Part shown: positions 45,514 to 56,000 of the stretch, in pieces
Numbering within the stretch: position 1 is the first letter of the stretch
Layout of the letters: each line of letters opens with the position of its first letter
NCBI GenBank assembly: GCA_028534125.1
Contig: CM052817.1
Span: forward strand, 248,001-312,000
Reading direction: 5' to 3'
DNA length: 64,000 bases
Origin: Lama glama
Taxonomy: Eukaryota
Made by a program: the position numbers and the translations under genes
Notes under the pieces: model-generated
What the model was told of the DNA's origin: nothing
Database searches by the model: none
What the model saw: only the letters and a program-made list of their open reading frames with translations

Positions 45514-45590
45514 GGGGTGGGTAGAGTGCGTGCTTAGCATGCATGAGGACATGGATTCAATCCCCACTACCTCCATAAAAAAATCAAAAA
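45514..45590 (+). mobile_element. Vic-1-like SINE with the A box deleted
   Basis: ggggtgggtagagtgcgtgcttagcatgcatgagg...attcaatccccactacctcc plus A tail. Confidence 0.7.
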
Positions 45591-46175
45591 CATATCTGTC
45601 TCCAGACCACACTTCCCTCCTGAGCTCTTAGACATTTAGTCTTAGACAGCACACCTCATATATATGTGTCTGAAACTGAATTTATAGTCTTCACCCCCAA
45701 ACTTGTTCCCTCTGTAGTAGATTTCATAACAAAGACTATTACCAAAAATTAAGATCATTATATAATGTTGAAGGGGTAAATTCATAAAAGACATGACAAT
45801 ACTAAACAGCTTTGCACCTAATAATAAAGCTTTGAAATACATGAAGCAAAACTAATAAACTAAAATAAAACTAAGCAAGGAGAGATAGACACACCCACTG
45901 TTGAGGTGGACACTTCAATACGTCTTTCTCAACAAAAGATGAGCAAGTACCCCGAATCACCAGGGACGTGGTAGAGGTGAGTGACACCACTGACCAGCCT
46001 GACTGGACATGTGTGGAATGCTCTACATGGTGACAGTGGCACACACAGAGTCGAACACGTAAAGAACACTGACCAAGATGGGGCACGCTCTGGGCACATG
46101 CGCTCTGACCACAGTGGAGTTAAGGTAGAAATCAACCGCAGATATATGGAAAATCACCCACGTGATCATCCATGT

Positions 46176-46377
46176 CAGTGTTTCCCAGCCTTGGCACCAC
46201 TGACATTGTGGACCAGGTAATTCCTTGCCAGGGTGGAGAGGTGTCCAGTGCACTGTAGGATGTTTGGCAGCTCCAAGGTACCAGGAACACACACCACTTG
46301 TCATAACCAGAGGGTCTCCAGGCATTGCACATGTCCCTTGAGGGGCAAAATTCTCGGTTCTCAGTTAAGAATCACTG
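46176..46377 (-). mobile_element. MER20 (hAT-Charlie non-autonomous DNA transposon), near full length
   Basis: cagtgtttcccagccttggcaccactgacatt...tgtaggatgtttggcag...gtctccaggcattg...ggggcaaaatt...ttaagaatcactg matches the recalled MER20 reverse complement end to end. Confidence 0.8.
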
Positions 46378-46769
46378 CTCTAGATTTAAAAACAAAGAAG
46401 AAAGAAAAGTTCCTAGAACTGGCAGGTGAGCTTAGTCAGGCTGCAGGGTACATGGTTAATACGTAAAAAATACATGTTAATTTTAAATAACTGGCAACAA
46501 ATACTGGAAGTGGAAATTAAGAAAAAGACACCACTTAAAACAGCATCAAAAATAATAAATACTTGGGATAAATCTGAAAAAAAAAGATGTGCAAGACTTA
46601 TAAACTGAAAAATGAAAAACTTTTAGAGAAACTAAAGACCTTAATAAGTGGAAAGATACACAGTATTCGTTAACTTAGAAGATTCAGTGTTGGAAATCAA
46701 ATTAATCAGTCAATGCCATTCCAGTTAAAATCCCAGCAGACTTTTTTTTGTAAAAATTGACACACTGTC

Positions 46770-46906
46770 GGGGGGAAGGCATATAGCTCAGTGGTAGAGC
46801 GTGTGCTTAGCATGGTCCTGGGCTCAATCCCCAGGACCTCAGTTAAAAAATAATAATAAACCTAATTACCCCCCCCCCAAAAAAACAATAAATTTTAAAA
46901 TAAAAA
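46770..46906 (+). mobile_element. Vic-1-like SINE inserted in L1 ORF2
   Basis: A box TAGCTCAGTGG at 46784-46794, degenerate B box GGCTCAATCCC at 46821-46831, aaacctaattaccccc tail; imperfect TSD aaaaattgacacactg / aaaaatcaacactg. Confidence 0.8.
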
Positions 46907-48719
46907 TAAAAATCAACACTGGTTTTAAAATTCACTTGGAACTGCAAAGAAACTAGAATAAGTCTGAACAAGAACAAATTTGTGTGCCTTTATTTTCTGA
47001 CTTCTGTACTTACAAAGCCGCAGTAATCCAGGTGGTGTGACACTGGTATGAAGATGACAGAAGTAGATCAATGGAACAGGATACCAAGCCCAGAAACTGG
47101 CCCCCAAGTAAACGTATGGTCAGTTGACTTTGGATAAGGAGTAAAGGTAATTGGAGAAAGGGTAGTCTTTTTAACAAATGATGTTTGAAACATTGGATAT
47201 CCATGCGTTTAAAAAATGCTCATCCGTACTTTGCATCAAAATAGATCATAAATCTAAACGTGAAACCTAAAGCTTCTAGAAAACAGTCTGTGAGGGTTTT
47301 CACTGTAGCAGCAGAGAGCAACCCACAAAAGAACAGAGAGCCAGGACTCGTCAGCGTTGAGAGCTTCAAAGTGCATTGTGATGATGCGCTTCCTAGGTTG
47401 GTGGACACACTGTGGTGCTCTGTGACGTGGGATCTTACTCAGTGATGAGAAGAGACGAGCTGCCAAGCCCCCAAAAGACGGGGACCTTAAAGTCACTTAC
47501 TGAGCAGGAGAAGCCAGTCCGAAAACACTACCTACTGTTTGATTCTGGCTGCGTGACACCTTGGAAAAGGGAAGATGTGACAGGTGCCAGGGGCTTCAGG
47601 GGAGGCAGAGGCAGCTGGGGGCACGGGATCTTAGGGCTGTGGAAGTGTCCCGTGTGCCTCTAATGGCGAGGGCAAGTCGCCCACTTGTCAGAACCACCCA
47701 TGGGACCAGAGCACGCAGTGTGGCCTGGCCGTCCGGTGTCCAGCTGTGCCACACCGTGGCAGGGAGCTGACGGTATGGGAACTATACTTTCCCTCAGGTT
47801 TCCTGCAGACCTGAAACTGCTCAAAAAGTAGTTACCGATTTAAAAAATCTATACGTGTGTATTGTTGAGGAAATGAAAACACAGCCCAGAATGGGAGAAG
47901 ATAGCTGATAGTGGAATGTACGGAATGTATAAACCACACACACGTGAACAAGCTTGCACGGACACAGCAAGGGAAGCCCGCAGTCCCTGCGCCGTCCCTG
48001 CAGTGAGGTCCGGGCCCCTGAGTGAGCACACGAGGCTCTACGAGTGAGCCCCAGCCCACCTCAGGTGCCCCTCGCAGGCTGTGCCCAGGCTCCAGCCCTC
48101 GTGCTGTGGTCACACCACGCTCTCTGTCACACACACGCACAGCCAGTTCCTCTTTGTCTTCAGTAACCCTCACAGCATTGAAAATGAGAAGAGGCAGTTT
48201 GCATGAAGTACTCGGAACGGTGCTTGGCACTCAGTGAATACTTGATAAATGTCTCTCATGTTCTCGTCACTTTGTCATAAATATTTGCAGACGCCCCTTG
48301 TTCTGAGGGCTTCGCCAGACTCAGTCCACCCAGGGAAGCTCTGTGCTCCACGGTGCCCTGAGGCGTCTCTGGGACAGCGCTGACTTGCTGTGGGGGGCTG
48401 TCCAGCCCCAGTCTGCCGCTGACGCCCGGCGCAGGGCGTGGTGCTCTCCAGGGTCACAAGCCTTCGTTACTGCCGAAGTACGTTACTAACGAAGTACTTC
48501 GTTACTTCGTGTTGTACAAGTTTTCAGCTTTTCCTCCTATTGTCATTGGAACTTTAAAAGTCTCCTGTCTCTTCTCTCATTAAAGAAAAATCATTTCTCA
48601 ACTCCGCCCTCCTCTACTGTCAGTCCTGTTTTCTTCCTTCGTCACCACGAGTCTTAGGACTTGTGTGTGACGCAGGTTACGTGCAGCTGACATGTTTTTG
48701 AACATGTATTGTGCCAGGC

Positions 48720-49835
48720 CCTGGGATGTATTTGCCCATAGTAAAGTACACATAACAAAATCTGCCATCTTAACCCTCTAAGCGCACAGCTCAGGGGCAT
48801 GAGTACTTTCACACCGCTGTGCGGCCGTCGCCACCACCCGTCCCCAGAACTCTTCATCCTACAAAACTGAAACTCTGTTCCTGCTGAGCAGTAACTCCCT
48901 CCTCCCCACCAGCCCCGCCAGCCGCCATTCTGCTTTCTGTCTGCAAGGCTGACTCCTCTAGGGACCTCGTGTAAGTGGAATCACACAGTATTTGTCCTTT
49001 TGTGGCTGGCTTATTCCACTCTGCATAGTGTCCTCGGGTTCATCCATCTTGTAACAGGATAATTTCTTTCCTTTTTAAGGGAGTTGAATTAACATTCTGT
49101 TGTAGATGTATTTGCCACATTTTGTTTAGATGTTCACCCATAGATGGACACTTGGGTCATCCACCTTTTGGCTACTGAGACCCGGGCCACATTTTTAGTT
49201 AATTTTTGGATGTGGTGTAAGATACTCTCCAAATTCAGTCTTTGGTATGTTGATATCCAGTTGTCCCAGCAACATTTGTTGAAAAGAATTCTTTCTCCAC
49301 CAAATGGTCTTGACACCGTTAACGCAAATCAGTTGACCACAAACGTAGAGGTTTACTTCCGGACTCTGATTTCTCCACTGGCCTGTCCGTCTGTCTTTAT
49401 GCTGGTACCACACTGACTTGACTAGCATGGCTTTGCACTAAGTTCTGAAATTGGGAAGTGCAAGTCCTCACCTTTGTTTTCCGTTTTCAAGATTGTTTTG
49501 GCTACTCTTTAAATAGCCAAGGGTTCCTTAAATTTCCATATGAATTTTAAGGTCAGCTTGTAAACTCCTAAAGGGAAGGCAGTTGGAAGTTTGATAGGGA
49601 CTGAGCTGAGCCTGTAGCTCATTCGTGACAATGCTAAGTTTCTTAATCCACGAGCAAGGGCTGTCTTTCCCCTTATTGGGGTCTTTAATCTCTTTAGTAA
49701 CTTTTTGTACTTCTTTGTTAAACTGTGTTCCTAAGTATTTTGATGCTATTGTAAATGTAATTGTCATCTTAAGCTTATTGTCAGATTTGTTATTGCTAGT
49801 TCAGAGATGTGTTGTTGAGTTTTGTATATTGCTCT
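48720..49835 (-). mobile_element. L1MB-like 3' end plus ORF2 fragment ending about 25 nt before the TMEM175 exon 2 acceptor
   Basis: cagaactcttcatcc...gtggaatcacacagtatttgtcctttt and gatatccagttgtcccagcaacatttgttgaa...ttttgatgctattgtaaatg. Confidence 0.75.
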
Positions 49836-49868
49836 TGCTCAGACCTGTGCTTCCTCCCAGGCCCCACC

Positions 49869-50021
49869 ATGTCCAGGCCCCAGAGCCCAGAGCCGGCCCT
49901 GAATGTGCAGGGAGCCTCCTCCATAGGCCCAGGGGATGAGGACGCTGCCGACGGGACCCAGCACTCACACCGCATGCTCAGCTTCAGTGACGCACTGTTG
50001 TCCATCATTGCCACTGTGATG
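49869..50021 (+). CDS. TMEM175: TMEM175 exon 2 CDS (153 nt) MSRPQSPEP...RMLSFSDALLSIIATVM; exon begins at 49861
   Basis: cttcctcccag acceptor, CCACCATG start, ATG|GTCCGT donor. Confidence 0.96.
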
Positions 50022-53000
50022 GTCCGTGTGGGCCCCGCCCAGACCCCAGCCTGGGTCCCCACCGCCTCCTGAGCTCCCCAGGCCCCAGGCAGCCAAGGGG
50101 GTGGGAGGAGCAGCCCAGGGCTGGCTCAGGTCCCCAACACCATGGCATCCAAAAAGCAGTCAGTGCCCAGCCTGAGAGCTGTCCCTCGCGTCATTTTGTG
50201 TCTTGTTCCCGTAGATCCTGCCTGTGACCCACACGAACATCTCCCCGGAACAGGTACTTGGGGGCAGTCTGCAGCACCTGGCATGTGGGTGAGGGTCCAG
50301 AGGGCTCACAGTCCATGAGCTGGAGGTGGGGCTCTGTGCGGGCGCTCCTGGCTGGACCAGGGGCCAGGCCGACTGACACTTCCCCCAGCGATGCTGGTCA
50401 GCCTGACCCTAGCCTGCAGACAAAGGTGTGCCCTCGGCTGAACCCTGAGGAAGCTTGAGGAGGGAAGGGGTGCTGATGGCTGGTGTGGGACCTGTGCCAC
50501 CTGGAGTCTCTGCCAGTCACTCCTGGAGTGTCACTCAGAGTGGGTGCTCGGGGAGCAGAGGGCGGCCTGCCTGCCTGACCAGCGGGCCCAGTGGCCGGCA
50601 GCCTCAGGAGATGCTCCCACCTGGGCCTGCGTGATAAACGGACACTTGTGGTTTTGCCATGGAGGCAAGTGGCAAACCAGGTTTTTTAAAGCAGAGTTTC
50701 TATTTATAGCCAACTTGGAGTATTTCCGTTTTATAAGTAAGATGGTGATTAAGGTAGCACCTTAGAAGCCTGACATGGTTATGGAAGTCCTCCAGAAGCC
50801 CCTGGGCATGCGTGTGCAGGTGTGGCTCCCTGGGCCTCCTCTCCTGAGCGAGTGTCACCTCAAGGCACCTGGGTGCACAGCGCTGGGTCCCGTATGCATG
50901 GCCCCGGTCTGGCTCTGGTCCGACCAGCACATTCAGCCTGGAGGCCACTGGGGTTCATGGGAGTGTGGGGTTTGGCCTTTGCACCTGTGGGAAGGTGACG
51001 ACGCTGCTTCTCATGTGCTTGGGATGCGAACTGAATGGAAATGCAGGTCGAGCCAGATGTTGGCAGCCGGCCCCCGGCATAATAAGTAAATGGCCCTGTG
51101 CAGCTCCCTCTGCTCCAGGGCCCCTCGAAGGGGCCTGGTGCTGAGTGCTGGCCGAGCTCAGGAAAGCCGTGTCCCCCCAAGGGGCCATGGTACTCACCTG
51201 GCTGCGCTGGAACCTTCTGGGGACCTTGGTGCCACCAGTTTCAGAATGGGGTTGTGGGTGTGTGCACGTGAGATGCCAGGAGGTGACACGGGGACATACA
51301 TGAGGCTAGATCTCCTCGCCTCTCTACGGTCAGGGTCATGTTCTTGGAGGTCATGAGTTCTGCTGAGAAGTCATCCCTCTCTCTGCTGACTAATTCTCGA
51401 GAGCTCTGAACAGAAGGGCCCGCACAGCGGTTGGGTGCCTCCTTCAGAGAAGGTGTTGCCAGGACATGACAGGAGAGTCCTGAAGGCCACAGGACCCACC
51501 GGTGAGGCAAGGAGTGGCTGCTCATGTGGGTGCAGAGAACCAGCAAGAATGGGAAAGGCACCAGCGCCACACTTGGAGGTCTCACTGAGGAAGCCCAGCC
51601 TACCGCCCCACCCAGCACCCTGCGCCAGGCGACACTTCTCCTGGAGGACTGTTACCTGGCAACGCTGTAGCTCCCGTGGCAGCACGGGCCTTGCTGCCAC
51701 AGGACCCTGCCATGGTCCTGGAGTGGCTCGAAGGAACCTCTCTGCCCGGGAGCTGGCATTCTGGGGGATCCACCCAGGACCCTGGAATGTGCATCTGTGA
51801 CCAGGGCCTGGACAGAGGCCGAGCCTCTCAGCGCTTCTCCCGCCCTGGGGTCTCAGTGCCCTGTGGCGGGGCTGCTGGGTGCATGCAGTGAAGCTGTCTC
51901 TGACGTGATGCTCTTCTGTTCCAGGAGTTTGACAAGAGCATACAGAAGCTTCTAGCAACCAGAATTGCCGTCTACCTGATGACATTCCTCATTGTGACCG
52001 TGGCCTGGGCAGCACACACGCGGTATGGGGCCGGGCCAGGGCCTCTCCCCAGGCTGACGCCCACATTTTTGGCGGCTCGGCGTGTGTGCCCAGTATGGCC
52101 TGGGCCTGCTGAGGGCCGGGGGCAGCACGTGTGCCCTGGGCCCTGAGCCACCCACTCTCGGGGTGGGCCGCGGCTAAGCACCCAGGAGGGTGTGTTAGTG
52201 GGCCCCTCCCCCTCACCGCAGGTTCCTGCTCAGGCCTCTGTGTTCCCATCTGCTCACAACCATGACGGGGCTTCCCACCCCAGGCCCAGGACGTGAAGGG
52301 CGGTGGCGTGTGAACACAGGCCCACGCTGCCCGTGTCTGGGCCGGGCACGGCGCTGCCGCCTGCCTGAGCCACTGTGCAACCTCGCGTTTGCAGGCCCCT
52401 CCATCCTGGTCCAGACTCTGGGGAGGAGAGTGGAGGCCTCAGGACACAGGAGTCGGGCCTGAGCTTCCTCTTTGGGGGGAAGAGGTTCCTTAGGACCCAG
52501 GGGACGTCTGAGCCCCAGGCCAGGGCAGGGAGAACCCCAGGGATGGGCTCTGGGTGGGAGGGGAGGTGCTGACATCTGGGTTACATATGTTCTCTGACTG
52601 GGGGTGCTGGGGGTGCCGGAAGCCCAGGAGCCCGTGAGGCACTGGCGTGTGCCTTAAAAGTGTCTCTTAACATTTTATGTCATGTACTTGCTTTCAGCAA
52701 AGTGATTTTCTGGTGGGGACAAGTGATCCTCTAAAGGCTTTGAGGGGCCTTTTCTCTTCTGCCTCCCTTGTTCACGGAAAGCAAGGAGGCCCAAGGGCTG
52801 GCGAAAGCCAGGTGGGCCACAGCTGCCCTGTCTAGTCCTGCTGGTAGCTGTACAGGCTGCTGGCAGAGTAGCGTGGACAGGGCCACAGGTGCCTCGCGTG
52901 GGGGCGCGCTCAGCAGAGGCCACACCCGAGAGCTTGAGGCCTAGCTTCCAGAAGTGGCACAGGTCCACCCTGGGGCCTTGTCACCCAGGGCTCAGTGGGT

Positions 53001-56000
53001 CGCCAGTGGGGACAGGGCCCCTTCCTCTGACTTAGAGAAGCGCCCAGCCCCAGAGCCAGCCCTGAGTACCAGCCCCGAGAGGTCCTGGAGGCCCCTGGCT
53101 GGGTGCAGACCTCCTAGGTCGCGGACCGAGGCCGCTGAGCGCAGCCCAGGAGAAGGCCACATGCTCAGGGGGACACGGACGGCTTTCAGAAGGGATGCTA
53201 GTTTCCAGCCCTGAGTTGACCCTTGGTGACTCTGCCTGTCCCCGGCCCCTTTCCGGTCTCTGGTCACGTCTTCCCGCCTCCGTGGACCACCGTTTCATCT
53301 CAGGAGCATGTTAGGTGCTGGTAGGACCACGTTTATGGATGGTGTGACTTTCCCCGTCTCCCTCCCATTGTTCAGATTGTTCCAGGTTGTTGGGAAAATC
53401 GACGACACGCTTGCCCTCCTCAACCTGGTGAGCTTCTCCCTTCACTGTGGGGGTGGGGGTGCTGCCTGCTCAGCCCCCTGATGCCTCTGGGTGGCAGGGC
53501 CTGGGACCCATCTGCTGGCCGGCCACCTGGAGTGGCCTGCCCTCCCTGACCCCTCCCCTCCTCTTCCCCAGGCCTGCATGATGACCATCACCTTCCTGCC
53601 ATTCACAGTGAGTCACAGGGATCACCCCTGGTGTCCCTGGTGCCCTGCAGAGCACCACCCTGGGTCCAGCCTGTCCTCCACTGGGCGAGAGGCCCCAGAC
53701 CTAAGAGGCTTCCTCCTCAGAAGCTCTCAGACCACTGGGTGGTCCAGGGTGTGGACCACAGAGTTGCAGGGAAGGGTCTGGGGGAAGAGGTGTAACTGGG
53801 GTGTCCAGGCTCGATGGAGAGGGGAGGCCTCCAGGGCCCAAGGAGGGGTGTTCCCTCTGTGCTCCCCGGCCCTCCCAGCTCCCACCAGCCCCCCGAAGCC
53901 CATGGCCTCCCAGCCAACCTTGGCCCGTCCCCGGAGTGTGACCCCCACCGCCTCCTCAGCCAGCAGCTCCCTCTGAATTCTGAAGGAGGACGTGCTCTGA
54001 GTTCAGTGCCTCACAGAACTGAGGTCGGGGATTGTCCGCGAGTCTGATGACATTTCGGCTCTAAGTACTTAAAGCCCTCGGACTCGCTCTTGGGGAAGGC
54101 ACACCTCCAGGGCTCTTGCTGCCTTAACTCGAGGCAGCTTTGCCGCTGCCCAGGCACAGCCCAGCTGACGCACAGAAGGCTCCGGGGCCTGGGCCTGAGA
54201 CCCTGACCCGAGGCCTTTGTCGCTGCAGTTCTCCCTGATGGTGACCTTCCCCGACGTGCCGCTGGGCATCTTCCTGTTCTGCATGTGTGTGATCGCCATC
54301 GGGGCTGTGCAGGTGGGACATGTCCTTGTCTGCTCAGGGCCTGGGCCCCTGCGCTGATGAGCACAGTGAGATGGGGCCGCCGGCACTTTCGGGTGCTCTG
54401 GAGGGGAGCAGGGCTCTCTGAGACCCCCACAGGGTCTCGGGAGCAGAGCAAGGGCTCCTGTCCCCCCTGCACCCCCAGGATATCCTGCAGAGCCTCACAG
54501 CAGAACCCTGCGTCCCTGAGGGTCCCCACTTGTATGTGTGGGAGGAAGCTGGGCACTGGCCAGAGGCCTCTGCTCCAGCCCTGCTGCCCATCTCTCCTGC
54601 AGGCACTGATCGTGGGGTATGCGTTCCACTTCCCCCACCTCCTGAACCCCCAGATCCAGCGCTCCGCCCACCGGGCGCTCTACAAGCAGCACATCCTGCG
54701 CATCATCCTCCGAGGCCCCGCGCTGTGCTTCGCAGCGGCCGGCTTCTCCCTGTTTTTCTACCCTGCGGTGAGTAGGGGCAGCAGAGTGGGTGAGGAGGCC
54801 ACCCCAGGATGGGGAGGGAGGCTGCGCAGAGGAGGGAGGCACTGAGCTGCGCCAGGGCCCCTGGTGCCCTGGAAGCTGGGGCGGGGGGGAGACTCACACC
54901 CACTCCCCACAAGGGGGACAATGGGGGGACAAGGGGGATGGGACGCAGGGGGCTGTGCCTGCCTCCTCTGTTGAGGGGGCAGGGTTAGAGAGAAATTCCA
55001 GAGCCGGAAAGAGGGAGGGAGTGGAGAAGAGGGAGGTGAGTGGTGAGTGGAGCCCAGCCCGGGCACAACTTGCCCGAGTGCGGGAAGAGATGGCCGTGCA
55101 GATGTGTCTGGCTCTGTCCCCAGCTCCCCTGAGTGTGCACAGTTCTGCGTAAGGGAACGAGATGCCTTAGCAACATCCTAGCCAAGCCGCAGGGGTCAAG
55201 GCTGGCTGAGACCCCCCTCTTGGCCAGCAGCTAATTTAAGAGGAACATTGTTCTAGTGACGCTTCCATCATCCAGGAGCCAAGGTGAGTTCTGACAAGCC
55301 GCTGTCTCAGAGCTGCCTAGAAGCTTTAGGCACGGCTCCTGGCTCTACTTGAGCACCAGAGAAGTAAAGTGAACGTTTAAACCTAAAGCGTCCAAAGAAT
55401 TGTGGAAAAAATGAACGGTTCACGTTATTTTAAATCTCTAGTAAGTGTTTCAAGAGAATTCCAAGTTTAACACAAATAGGCTGGCAAGGGCTGCAGGGTT
55501 GTTCCCTGAAGGATGGGGCTGGGCGCTGGGGTCCACGGCACACCCAGGTCAGGCCAGGGGCAGGCAGAGGGGAAGGTGGACACCCCAGGTTGGAGCAGAC
55601 CTAGGGCCTCTGCCTGCTTTCCTCAGACTTGAACGTGATTGCTGTGCGAGAGGAGGGCCCAGCTCCCGCTGGTGGGAGGCGTGCTGCAGGGGCCCTCAGG
55701 GTCAGGCAGGGTGCCCTTGGCTGTGGCTTCAGCAGAGCCGCTCCCTGTGGACAGAGCAGGGCCAGCCAGGGCCAGCAGGGAGGGATGGAAGGATGGGGTT
55801 ATGGGGCAGCAGGTCTGAGGCCGCATCTGCATCCTGGTTTCAGTGGGACACCCCTCCTGTCTGTGGATAGGGTCAGGGTTAGGGTGAGGAGGACGGAGGG
55901 ACAGCTGGGGTGTGGCACATGGGGCCTGGCAAGGAGAGGCGAGCAGAGTGGAGGACACGGGGGTCTGTGCGCAGTAACAGGACCCAGACGCTGGGCAGGG

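Larger units (their letters stand above)
45720..47830 (+). mobile_element. L1M ORF2 to 3' end fragments, interrupted by MER20 and a SINE
   Basis: Endonuclease-region, RT-region and 3' end motifs (gcacctaataataaagc, gttaaaatcccagcaga, tagatcaatggaacag, cattggatatccatg). Confidence 0.75.

Noticed and set aside
46770-46840. tRNA-like A and B boxes
   Set aside because: SINE head with A-rich tail and TSD, mutated B box and no cloverleaf; not a tRNA gene.
48462-48510. Short interspersed repeats as a CRISPR-like array
   Set aside because: Eukaryotic intron; units are 7-10 bp, irregular and partly inverted, with no spacers.
49809-49868. In-frame N-terminal extension of TMEM175 suggested by the ORF track
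   Set aside because: It starts at a non-ATG codon in L1-derived intron sequence upstream of the exon 2 acceptor; the CCACCATG at 49869 matches the known N-terminus.
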